A stretch of DNA of 64,000 nucleotides from a bacterium (GTDB lineage Bacteria; Patescibacteriota; Patescibacteriia; UBA1558; S5-K13), in contig JAKPTO010000014.1 in NCBI GenBank assembly GCA_029555085.1, positions 567-64,566 on the forward strand, given 5' to 3'. The stretch's first letter is position 1; each line of letters starts with the position of its first letter. A program made the position numbers and the translations under genes. Shown piece after piece: positions 1 through 8,831 of the stretch. Under the pieces are notes generated by a model. It had not been told where the DNA came from and did no database searches. It worked only from the letters and a program-made list of their open reading frames with translations.

Positions 1-1410
1 GAGTATTTTACGGGCATTTTTCAAACTATGAATTATGGCCAAATTTAGGGTCTTATTTCCTATTTTTATACTTGCTTCTCTAAACCCCGAATTACCGCGT
101 AAAACTTTAAAATCTATAGCAGAATATTCTTTACCAGTTAAGAAATAATGAGCTGTTCTTATAGCTGATTCCATCACGCCCCCAGATGAAGCAAAAATTG
201 CTCCTCCGCCAGAGCCAGGTCCCATGGGGTTATCAAATTGCATTTTTTTCTCAAGTTTTAAATCAATATTGAAACTTTTTATAAGTTTTGCGCATTCTCT
301 TGTTGTAATTACAAAATCAACATCACGAATTCCTCCAACTGACATTTCTTCTCTGCATGACTCATATTTTTTTGCTGTACATGGCATGATACTAACCACA
401 ATAATATCGCGTGGATTAATTTTTGTTTTTTGAGCATAATAAGTTTTTATCAGAGCTCCAAACATTTGATGTGGAGATTTGCAACTTGATAGATGATTTA
501 AATATTCTGGATAAAATGTTTCTATAAAATTTATCCAAGCAGGACAACATGATGTAATAAGTGGTAGGTCTTTATTTTTCCTTATTCTTTCAATTAATTC
601 TGAGGCTTCTTCCATTATTGTTAGATCAGCTCCGAAGTTTGTATCAAAAACTTTTTTAAATCCAACTTTTTTTAGCGCGCTTACCATTTGACCTGTAACT
701 GAAATCCCCGCTTCTAATCCGAATTCTTCGCCAAGAGCGACTCTAATTGACGGAGCGGTTTGGGCTATTATGTGTTTTTTGGGATCTTTTAATAATTTTT
801 TTATTTCTTTATAAGATTCTTTTTCTCTTATTGCGTTTGTTGGACAAACTAGTGAACACTGACCACAACCAACGCAATTTGTATCGATTAATTTTTTGCC
901 TAATGATTTTGTAACAACTGTTGCATTGGCTCTTCCTTTGTAGCAAATTGCGTTTACTGTTTGAATGTCTCGGCATTTTTGAATACATCTTCCACATAAA
1001 ACACAATTTTTAAAATCCATTACAATATCATGAGATGAATCATCAAGTTCTTGAGATGCGTGTGGTTTAAATTTAAGTTCATCAATATCTGGCATGTTTG
1101 ATAATTTTAACCATTTCCTAAATTCTTCCTCATCTTCAAAATTACAACCCACAAGTTGCGCATTTATTTTTCTTTGTTTTATAATTCTTTCATTAGTTGT
1201 TTGAATTATCATTCCATCAGAAATATCATTATTACAACTCGTCATTAATTTTCCATTTACTTCAACTACACAGACCCCACATTTTCCATCTGAGCGTAAA
1301 TCAGGATGATAACAAAGAGTAGGAATTTTGATTCCATTTTTTGTAGCTAATTCAAGTATTGTACATTTTTTATTAACTTTTATTTTTTTACCGTCTATTG
1401 TAACTAACAT
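1..1410 (-). CDS. hydA: [FeFe]-hydrogenase catalytic subunit HydA, N-terminal ~470 aa (gene continues beyond window start)
   Basis: Not in ORF track (no stop in window); manual translation of minus strand from ATG at 1410: N-terminal 2Fe-2S ferredoxin-like Cys cluster, two 4Fe-4S ferredoxin motifs (CxxCxxCxxxCP), then H-cluster motifs L1 TSCCPAW and L2 MPCTAKKYE; L3 motif expected just beyond coordinate 1. Start is 2 nt from hydB stop. Confidence 0.8.
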   Translation of the reverse strand, partial: MLVTIDGKKIKVNKKCTILELATKNGIKIPTLCYHPDLRSDGKCGVCVVEVNGKLMTSCNNDISDGMIIQTTNERIIKQRKINAQLVGCNFEDEEEFRKWLKLSNMPDIDELKFKPHASQELDDSSHDIVMDFKNCVLCGRCIQKCRDIQTVNAICYKGRANATVVTKSLGKKLIDTNCVGCGQCSLVCPTNAIREKESYKEIKKLLKDPKKHIIAQTAPSIRVALGEEFGLEAGISVTGQMVSALKKVGFKKVFDTNFGADLTIMEEASELIERIRKNKDLPLITSCCPAWINFIETFYPEYLNHLSSCKSPHQMFGALIKTYYAQKTKINPRDIIVVSIMPCTAKKYESCREEMSVGGIRDVDFVITTRECAKLIKSFNIDLKLEKKMQFDNPMGPGSGGGAIFASSGGVMESAIRTAHYFLTGKEYSAIDFKVLRGNSGFREASIKIGNKTLNLAIIHSLKNARKIL

Positions 1411-1411
1411 T

Positions 1412-2491
1412 TTATTCTATTAATTTATCAAACTCATTTTTAAAATATTTTATTGCTGATTTCAATGCTATTGTTGAACTTTTTCCAAGTCCGCATTGAG
1501 AACCATTTGGGACAAAGTCAATTAGGTCTTGTATTATTTGAAATTCTTCTTTGGTCCATTTGCGTTTTAATATAACTTGAAATAATTGTAATAATCTGAA
1601 ATTTCCTTCTCTGCATGGGAGACATTTTCCACAATTTTCCTCATTAAAAAATTGTATTATTGAGCGACATATATCTGGAACACTTTTTTCATTATTAAAA
1701 AACATGATTCCTGTTTGAAAGAAGTTTCCCGTTTTTTCCATTTCTTTATATGAAAGAATTAAATCTTGTTGAAATGGTATGCATCCTCCAGAAGCGCCAA
1801 AAAAAATTGCATAAGGATCAATGGCTCCAACTTTTTCTGCTAAATATTTTAGTGTAATACCTTGGCGTTCTTCATAAACACCCGGACTTTGCACATCGCC
1901 TGAAACAGAAAAAAGCGTTAATTCGTTATCAAAATCATCTTCAAAAATAAGAGGAATTCTTGCAAGTGTTTCTATGTTATTTACACAGGTTTTTTCATCG
2001 TATAAACCACGCTCTGATGGATATGGAGGTTTGTGTCTTGTTTCTGCGCGTTTACCTTCTATGCTGTTTAAAATTGCAGTTTCTTCTCCGCATATATATG
2101 ATCCAGCGCCGATTACAATTGTTATTTTGTATTTAGATTTTTCTTTTATTATTTTTTCTAATTTTTCTTTATATTTTTTAAACTCCTCTCGTAAATAAAA
2201 AAAACATTGTTTAGTAGAAAGCGCATACATTGCAATGTTAATTCCCTCTATTACAATTTCAGGATTATTATCTAAAACAAATTTATCCTTAAATCTTCCC
2301 GGCTCACTTTCATCAGCATTGCAAATTAAATATTTTGCAGGACGAGACATTTTCCATTTTAGTCCTGTAGGAAAATTAGCGCCACCTCTTCCCATGAGTC
2401 CAGATTTTTCTACTTTTTTTATAAGCGCTTCTGGGCTTAATTTTTTTGCAACTTTGAAATTTTCAAAATTTGTTTTTCTTTTTATTTGCAT
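1412..2491 (-). CDS. hydB: NADH-binding flavoprotein subunit of bifurcating hydrogenase (NuoF/HoxF/HydB-like)
   Basis: 359 aa; GAGSYICGEETAILNSIEGKR...RHKPPYP motif typical of the NuoF 51-kDa family; C-terminal CxxCxxC-P 4Fe-4S site. Confidence 0.85.
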   Translation of the reverse strand: MQIKRKTNFENFKVAKKLSPEALIKKVEKSGLMGRGGANFPTGLKWKMSRPAKYLICNADESEPGRFKDKFVLDNNPEIVIEGINIAMYALSTKQCFFYLREEFKKYKEKLEKIIKEKSKYKITIVIGAGSYICGEETAILNSIEGKRAETRHKPPYPSERGLYDEKTCVNNIETLARIPLIFEDDFDNELTLFSVSGDVQSPGVYEERQGITLKYLAEKVGAIDPYAIFFGASGGCIPFQQDLILSYKEMEKTGNFFQTGIMFFNNEKSVPDICRSIIQFFNEENCGKCLPCREGNFRLLQLFQVILKRKWTKEEFQIIQDLIDFVPNGSQCGLGKSSTIALKSAIKYFKNEFDKLIE

Positions 2492-2523
2492 TGTTTTAGT
2501 AATTAACTGTTAATAACTGAATT

Positions 2524-2958
2524 TTATATTAGTTTCTGATCTTTGAATATTTGTTTTAATTTTTCCTCATTTAAATTTGTAAATAATTCATCGTTTATAG
2601 TCATTACCGGACCTTTATCGCACTCACCTAAACACTGACAAGATTCAATTATGAATTTTTTATTGTAGGTTCCAATTTTTGTATTAAGTAGTTTTTCCGC
2701 AAGTTTTATTAAATTTTCTCCGCCCTTTGAGTGGCATATTGGACTATCACAAATTTTTATGACTTTTTCGCTGGTTGTCCATAAATTAAATTTTTCATAA
2801 GAAGAAATAGTTTCAAATATTTCAGCTGGAGATAGTTGAAATTGTTTTGATGCCTCTAATATATCAGACTCAGATATGAATCCGTTTTTGTTTTGAATTT
2901 TTTGTAGATATTCTAATAAAAACTTCATAAAATTAATTTTATAACTATATTTTAACAC
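2524..2958 (-). CDS. hydC: thioredoxin-like [2Fe-2S] ferredoxin subunit (NuoE/HydC-like)
   Basis: 144 aa; CHSKGG...CQCLGECDKGPVMTIN 2Fe-2S ligand pattern of the NuoE family; directly upstream of hydB on the same strand. Confidence 0.8.
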   Translation of the reverse strand: MLKYSYKINFMKFLLEYLQKIQNKNGFISESDILEASKQFQLSPAEIFETISSYEKFNLWTTSEKVIKICDSPICHSKGGENLIKLAEKLLNTKIGTYNKKFIIESCQCLGECDKGPVMTINDELFTNLNEEKLKQIFKDQKLI

Positions 2959-3074
2959 AAAGACCTTTTATATAAAAGATTTTATTTTTATATGTTTTTG
3001 TGTGTATAAGTAACCATTGACTAATTTATAATTTTATTGTAAGATTGTTTAACACAAAAAAAGTGGAGGAAAAA

Positions 3075-3665
3075 ATGAATATTATTGAAAATTGGATCAA
3101 ATGTTGGAGGTTGTTCTTTCATGGCATCAAAAATGCAAAGGCGAAGCGTTTCTTCTATGAGCGCGAGACCTATGGGGAAGAGATTTTCAAGCTCGAGAGT
3201 CAGCTTGAGAAACTCGAAGAATCCAAAGACGTAGAGATTCCCAAGGACTCATTCCTTATGCTTCCTGTTCCTGCGGAAGTTTTGTTTTGTAATGTGTCCC
3301 CTGTAACGCGAGTGTCCTTTCGTATGGAGGATGATAGTGTCAGGGAAAGAATAATGGGAGTTTCTCATAGATATGATAAACCCTATATTATTAAAAAATC
3401 TGAAATTGGGCAAATTGCCAATGCTCTTGAGATAGGAGCTATGATGAAATTCGGATTTTTTAGAAACAATTTCCAAGAATTTCTCCTGGCAAATCCAGTT
3501 TCAGCGTTTTTGTCGTCCATGAATCCGGGAATAGGATTTCAAAATCCGTTTCTGGCAAAAGACATGATTGAATCCCCGAATATAAGGGTTAAATCAAGAA
3601 TATTCTTGAACGACGAGAATGTGGGGAATAAAACAATAGTTTTCATTAACTCGCAAGAGTTATAA
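3075..3665 (+). CDS. hypothetical protein (compositionally atypical, GC-rich 5' half)
   Basis: ORF track 3045..3665; GGAGGA Shine-Dalgarno at 3063-3068 favours the internal Met at 3075; followed by a strong intrinsic terminator; no recognisable domain. Confidence 0.5.
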   Translation: MNIIENWIKCWRLFFHGIKNAKAKRFFYERETYGEEIFKLESQLEKLEESKDVEIPKDSFLMLPVPAEVLFCNVSPVTRVSFRMEDDSVRERIMGVSHRYDKPYIIKKSEIGQIANALEIGAMMKFGFFRNNFQEFLLANPVSAFLSSMNPGIGFQNPFLAKDMIESPNIRVKSRIFLNDENVGNKTIVFINSQEL

Positions 3666-3687
3666 AAGCCATAAATTATTAAAACTA

Positions 3688-3725
3688 AAGCGATGACTTC
3701 GGTCATCGCTTTATTCTTTTTATTT
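3688..3725 (+). terminator. rho-independent terminator
   Basis: aagcgatgac-ttcg-gtcatcgctt perfect hairpin followed by T-rich run. Confidence 0.7.
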
Positions 3726-3780
3726 GATATGTGTGGATATAAAAATTATTCTGATTTTATTTTAATTAATTTCAAATATT

Positions 3781-4410
3781 TTAAATTTTTTCTTCTTTCT
3801 TTTTCTTTCTTTTTTTATAAAAAATTAGAGCAATTATTAAAACAAAAACAATTATTGAAATAATTGATAATTCTTTATAATATTTTTTGAAAATAGCTTG
3901 ATTTGCGCCAAAAAAATATCCCAACAATGCAAGAATTATATTCCAAATTAAAGAACCAAGTGTTGTAAAGAGCATAAAACTCCAGATATTCATTTTTGCA
4001 AGTCCGGCAGGGATGGAAATTAATTGTCTTATTTCAAAAATTAACCTCCCAATAAAAGTTGCTAATTTATCATATTTTAGGAAATAATCCTCTGCTTTTT
4101 TTATTTTGTGTTCGTTTAAAAGTAATAATTTTGCAACTTTTGTGTTTACTAGTTTGTATACTATTGTTCGCCCAAGCGTTAATGCTAAAAAATAATTTAC
4201 TAAAGCTCCGAGTAAACTACCAATTGTCCCACATAGTATAACTAAATAAATATTTAATTGTCCTTGTTGCGCTAAATAAGCTGCCGGAGGAATAACAATT
4301 TCAGATGGAAATGGAATAAAAGAACTCTCAATTGTCATAAGAGCTATAATACTTGGATAATTTAATTTTCCAAAAATAGAAAGGAAAAAATTTGTGATTG
4401 AATGAAGCAT
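3781..4410 (-). CDS. DedA/VTT-family membrane protein
   Basis: 209 aa, multi-TM; ESSFIPFPSEIVIPPAAYLA core typical of the DedA family. Confidence 0.7.
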   Translation of the reverse strand: MLHSITNFFLSIFGKLNYPSIIALMTIESSFIPFPSEIVIPPAAYLAQQGQLNIYLVILCGTIGSLLGALVNYFLALTLGRTIVYKLVNTKVAKLLLLNEHKIKKAEDYFLKYDKLATFIGRLIFEIRQLISIPAGLAKMNIWSFMLFTTLGSLIWNIILALLGYFFGANQAIFKKYYKELSIISIIVFVLIIALIFYKKRKKKKEEKI

Positions 4411-4706
4411 AATAATTTAAAATGAATCCTCTATATTATACAATATTAATCGTAAAACAGAAAATTTTAATTGTTATTGTTTTTTATTTTTTTATTTAAT
4501 TATTTTTATTCATTATGAAATTGGACATGATTTAAATTATATCATTTTTGGTAGAAAATAAAAAAGCCAATTGTAAAGTAAGTTTAGCTTTTTAACATCC
4601 GCCTTTTTGTAATTTATTTTAATTATTTAATGTTTGACTTTTTGAATTTTTCTGAAGATAGCCAAAAAATATGAAAGCTGTCCACAGTTTACTGCGGGTG
4701 ATTTTT

Positions 4707-7409
4707 TTATTTTTTAAGATATTTTTTATTATAATGAATAGCCTTATTGATGGCATTTATTAAATCTTGTGGTTTTGCACTACCCTTAAATAGATAGTCA
4801 CTTGCTCCTAGATTTTTTGCTTTGACCCTATCTTGTTCTGTATTTAAATTACTAAACATTATAACTGGAATATTTTTTAATAATTTTTCCTTTTTAATTT
4901 TTTCTAGAAAGGTGTATCCCTGCTCAGCTACAACATTTATCATTCCGTCTTTCTCTTTTTTTCTTATAATAATATCCAAAATAACCACATCTATGTTTTT
5001 TGTTTTTAACATATCCTCTGCTTCGCTTAAATCATGTGTTGAATAAAAATTGTATCCATGTTTTTCGAAATAAATTTTGTATAGATCAACAATACTTTGC
5101 TCATCTTCAATGAATAAAATTGAACAATTATTTATTTTTGTATTTTTTATAACTGGCTTTGTATTGCTTACTGATTTTTGATTTGTTGATTTCAAATTTG
5201 ATATTTGCAATGCAAAACTGAATGTTGCTCCCTCGCCTATTTTAGAATCTTCTAATTTTAATTCTCCCCCACTATCTTCTACAATATTTTTTGCTATATA
5301 AAGTCCCAATCCAGAACCATCTGGATGAATTGATGAAGCGGTGGATCCTCTTGAAAATTTACTAAATAATTTTTCCCTATCTTCTTCAGATACTCCACAA
5401 CCAGTATCAGAGACCAAAATTTTTAAAAATTTTTTGCCATTTTTATTGATTTTTTCAAATCCAATATTTATTGATCCTTTTTCAGTATAGAAAACTGCAT
5501 TATCTAATAAATTTGAAATAACATGAGTAATTTTTTTCTGATCACATAACACTTTTGGTATTTTAAAACTTGGTTTAGTAAGGTTTATTTTTAAATTTCT
5601 AGTTTTGACTAATTTTAAATTTTTCTTTTCTTTTATCATGTCATTGATTATCTTCTCAATATTTGTTTCAATTAATGCCATTTCGATTTTCTGTCCCTCG
5701 AGTTCAAAAGCATCCCAAAAATCAGATATAGTATTACTCATTCTTTCTAATCCAATCGATGCTATTTCCAATCCCCTATTAACTTCTAACGATTTATCCT
5801 CTATCATAGAAAATGCATTTTTCATTATAGAAAGGGGTGTATTTAATTGATGATTTACAGTACGTAAAAAATCACTTTTCATATTTAAAAGTTCTTCTAA
5901 GTGTCTGTTCTTTTCTTTTATGTCTTTTGTTTGTTCTTCTACTTTGTATTTCAACTCCCTGTTAAATTTATCGAGTTCTCTTTTTTTGTCATTTATCTCA
6001 TCATATAATCTTGCATTTTCTATTGCTATAGATGCTTGAGAACCTAAAGCGCTTAAAAGTTCTAAGTCCTCTTTTGTATATGCGTCCTTTGATAATTTAG
6101 CGCCCAAAACAACAATACCTATTAAATTATTATTACTAATAAGCGGTAAGCACAAAGAGGCCTCGATGTGTTCCATGTATCTTTTTAAATCAGAGAATCC
6201 TTTGGAATCTTTTTTTGTCTTTGCATTTCTAGATAACAAACTCAATTCATCTAACAAGAGAATGCTTTTTGTTTTTTGTAAGTATTGAGTAAGAAAATTA
6301 TCTTGTACTAAACTAATACCATTTTGTTCATTAAAACCAATTGTTTTTGCTATTTGATAATGAATTGGTTTTGAATTTATATTAACAAGGAGAACGCCCG
6401 CTCTATCTAAATTCATTGCAGGTTTTATAGTGTCCACGATAAGAGAAATTATTTTATCTAAATCATTGTATTTATTTAATTCTTGGCTTAAAAATATTAA
6501 AGAATTGTGGTAATTTGTTAAATTTTTGAAAAAATATTTATCAGAAACATTTTTTAATAAAGTTCTAAGCCATGAAAATATTGTTACAAATCCTATCGCT
6601 AGAAATATACCAGCTATATACGAAGTATTATTAAAAATTCCACCAAAGGATTTTAAATAAATCCATGCTATTAAATAAAAAAGTCCATATACAAAAATAG
6701 AAACTAATAAATGTATAAATATTTTTTTAATAATAATTCTAATGTCCATCAATCTATATCTTGTAATTGCGTACCCTGTGAAACCTATAAAAAATAACGC
6801 CATTGATGGACCTATTGAACTTGCTCTACTATATCCTAGGGTTGGTAAAATCAAATTTAATAAAATTCCTAGAATTAGCGATATTAAAAAACCAATAAAA
6901 AGATATTTAATTTGGTATCTTTCAATTCCTGAGCTTTTTTTATAATTCTTAATAGTATTTACAAAAGACCAGCTAATATATACTGCAAGCAATATTGCCA
7001 TTGCCCAATAAAGAGGTCCTGGAGTAAATTCAGTTCCCCATGGTTCTATTTTAATATCAAGTACATTTAACTTCGTTGGAGATAAAATTATAATTAATAA
7101 ACTGGGTATAAAAGCAAAAAAGAGTTTTAACTTTGAAATTTTTTTATCCGACGGAAATACAATAGAAAACCATAGTAAAAAAAATGGTATTAGCGCTGGA
7201 CCAACGATAGACATTTTTGTCCAAAATAAAGCTAGATTATAATTTTTAGATAAATCTGCCATTAAAACAGATAATGTCCAGAATACTACTAAAAAAGACA
7301 AAATAGAAAGTATTCTATTTTGTCTACTTCTGAAATTTTGAAAAAATACTATTAGCCCCAAAAAACAGGCTAATAGTATTGTGATAATTGGAAGAATCAA
7401 AAAGCTCAT
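4707..7409 (-). CDS. hybrid sensor histidine kinase (multi-TM N-term, GAF, HisKA, HATPase_c, C-terminal REC)
   Basis: 900 aa; ~7 N-terminal TM helices; H-box region SDFLRTVNHQLNTPL; ATP-lid DTGCGVS...GSGLGLYIAKNIV; C-terminal receiver with ILFIEDE...DVVILDIII. Confidence 0.8.
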   Translation of the reverse strand: MSFLILPIITILLACFLGLIVFFQNFRSRQNRILSILSFLVVFWTLSVLMADLSKNYNLALFWTKMSIVGPALIPFFLLWFSIVFPSDKKISKLKLFFAFIPSLLIIILSPTKLNVLDIKIEPWGTEFTPGPLYWAMAILLAVYISWSFVNTIKNYKKSSGIERYQIKYLFIGFLISLILGILLNLILPTLGYSRASSIGPSMALFFIGFTGYAITRYRLMDIRIIIKKIFIHLLVSIFVYGLFYLIAWIYLKSFGGIFNNTSYIAGIFLAIGFVTIFSWLRTLLKNVSDKYFFKNLTNYHNSLIFLSQELNKYNDLDKIISLIVDTIKPAMNLDRAGVLLVNINSKPIHYQIAKTIGFNEQNGISLVQDNFLTQYLQKTKSILLLDELSLLSRNAKTKKDSKGFSDLKRYMEHIEASLCLPLISNNNLIGIVVLGAKLSKDAYTKEDLELLSALGSQASIAIENARLYDEINDKKRELDKFNRELKYKVEEQTKDIKEKNRHLEELLNMKSDFLRTVNHQLNTPLSIMKNAFSMIEDKSLEVNRGLEIASIGLERMSNTISDFWDAFELEGQKIEMALIETNIEKIINDMIKEKKNLKLVKTRNLKINLTKPSFKIPKVLCDQKKITHVISNLLDNAVFYTEKGSINIGFEKINKNGKKFLKILVSDTGCGVSEEDREKLFSKFSRGSTASSIHPDGSGLGLYIAKNIVEDSGGELKLEDSKIGEGATFSFALQISNLKSTNQKSVSNTKPVIKNTKINNCSILFIEDEQSIVDLYKIYFEKHGYNFYSTHDLSEAEDMLKTKNIDVVILDIIIRKKEKDGMINVVAEQGYTFLEKIKKEKLLKNIPVIMFSNLNTEQDRVKAKNLGASDYLFKGSAKPQDLINAINKAIHYNKKYLKK

Positions 7410-7418
7410 TTTTTAAAA

Positions 7419-7817
7419 TTACTTTTTAGCCGGATGAACATATTTTTCTCCTCTTAAAAAATGTTTTTCTTCTATTTCTTTTGGTTTAAAAATCTTGACT
7501 GTAAATTTTCTTACTATATCTGGATTATATTTTTTGCAACTATATATATCTATAGATGCAAATTTCTGTGGAGTTAATGTATGAATTGAGAATCCGGATT
7601 CTACAATTGGAATCCATCCTGATATACCAGCTTTATCTGGATATTTAATTGGATCTGTATAAACAATAAATGGTTGAGATTGTTTGTGTACTTTTATTAA
7701 ATCTGCTAAATCATTTAGATATTTATAGCAAATATCCATACTATCAAGGGCTTTAGGATCGCATCCGTAGAGATCTAAAACCATATGATATCCAAAAATT
7801 TTTCTAGGGTTTTTCAT
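7419..7817 (-). CDS. speH: pyruvoyl-dependent S-adenosylmethionine decarboxylase-like proenzyme (SpeH/SpeD class 1 family)
   Basis: 132 aa; VLDLYGC and ESGFSIHTLTP self-processing (Glu-Ser) motif resembling AdoMetDC proenzymes. Confidence 0.55.
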   Translation of the reverse strand: MKNPRKIFGYHMVLDLYGCDPKALDSMDICYKYLNDLADLIKVHKQSQPFIVYTDPIKYPDKAGISGWIPIVESGFSIHTLTPQKFASIDIYSCKKYNPDIVRKFTVKIFKPKEIEEKHFLRGEKYVHPAKK

Positions 7818-7845
7818 TTTGTTTTAAATTGACATAATTATTAAA

Positions 7846-7870
7846 ATATGCTAATAAAATATTAGCATAT
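7846..7870. promoter_or_regulatory. 25-bp perfect palindrome (candidate operator) in the divergent speH / GNAT promoter region
   Basis: atatgctaataaaatattagcatat lies between a TTGACA (7829-7834) and -10-like hexamers, upstream of the AAGGAGGA SD and the ATG at 7902. Confidence 0.4.
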
Positions 7871-7901
7871 TAATTATAGTATAAAATTAAGGAGGAGTAA
7901 A

Positions 7902-8510
7902 ATGACAAAGAAAAAAAATAATCTTCTGTCTAAAATTTATTTGCTTCTTTTTTGGATAAGGAAAGTAAAAAACAATAGGGACAAAGATTTATTCGCTGAT
8001 TTGTGGCAAAAAACTTGGCTTGATCAAGGATATGCCACGGAAACAACTTTAGCAGAATTAATAAAGCATTATCGCAAATATGATGAGTTTGCGGAAGACT
8101 TTATTCTTTATTTTCTTGGTAAACCAATTGGAACCATAAGATTAATTATTGGTAAATTATTGCCAGTTGTTGAAGATTTTGAAGTCGAGAGTCAATATAA
8201 AGATATCGCTAATATGGAAATCACACTAATGACTCTTGATCGTAAATTTCAAAGACATGATCATTTAGCATCTTTACTACTTATGAGAGTTTTTTATAGA
8301 TTTGCAATAAAAAACAAATTCTATGGAGCTGTCATGGCAACAGATGCTAGATTATTTAAACTTTTGAACATCATGGGTTTTCACATGATCAAAATTGGTC
8401 CTGAGAAATTCTATGAAGGTTCAATAACAATTCCGGCTTATATTGATCTTAGAGAGACAGAAAAAAAAGTCTCGAAAAGAAATCCGGATTTGTACAAATT
8501 TTTTTCATAA
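7902..8510 (+). CDS. GNAT-fold acyltransferase-like protein (possibly N-acyl amino acid synthase/autoinducer-synthase-like)
   Basis: 202 aa; strong SD; general similarity to the GNAT/acyl-transferase fold (FEVES...ITLMTLD...LLL...A.K....GF); family assignment tentative. Confidence 0.4.
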   Translation: MTKKKNNLLSKIYLLLFWIRKVKNNRDKDLFADLWQKTWLDQGYATETTLAELIKHYRKYDEFAEDFILYFLGKPIGTIRLIIGKLLPVVEDFEVESQYKDIANMEITLMTLDRKFQRHDHLASLLLMRVFYRFAIKNKFYGAVMATDARLFKLLNIMGFHMIKIGPEKFYEGSITIPAYIDLRETEKKVSKRNPDLYKFFS

Positions 8511-8537
8511 GAGACGAACTAGTTCGTCTCTTTTTAT
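8511..8537 (+). terminator. rho-independent terminator
   Basis: gagacgaact/agttcgtctc perfect palindrome followed by TTTTTAT. Confidence 0.7.
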
Positions 8538-8567
8538 ATACTCGTAAGTTTTAATTTTAAAATAAAA

Positions 8568-8591
8568 AATTGCCACTATTAATAGGCAATT
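8568..8591. repeat. R module: hairpin (aattgcc-N10-ggcaatt) flanked by A- and T-tracts; second copy at 19404-19431
   Basis: ~45 nt (8561-8606) ~85% identical to 19397-19441; looks like a bidirectional terminator; marks one boundary of the GC-rich island. Confidence 0.55.
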
Positions 8592-8831
8592 TTATAGATC
8601 ATCGTGTTAGTACGAAATGGAGGTGTTTGTTGGATAAATTTTAGACCTTTTTTGAAGAAAATTCGGATTTGGAATTTTGAATGCTCTATTCCGTTGCCAC
8701 TCGCTGTTCCGCAAAAAATCATTCTTCGTAATTTTTATTTTATGCACACTCGATGCCATTTAGTGATCGCTTTTTAGATTGCTCTATTATAGGTTATCAT
8801 TTTTCTAAATTCATATTTTTATATAATTTAC

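Noticed and set aside
224-2513. Plus-strand ORFs 224..433, 1974..2198, 2235..2513 and minus ORF 809..1006
   Set aside because: All lie inside, or out of frame with, the hydA/hydB coding regions, whose products carry unmistakable hydrogenase/NuoF motifs. They are short, low-complexity, and have no RBS.
4411-4706. Possible riboswitch/ncRNA in the 296-nt DedA-HK intergenic region
   Set aside because: Only weak, imperfect inverted repeats; no recognisable riboswitch core. More simply explained as terminator plus promoter spacing.
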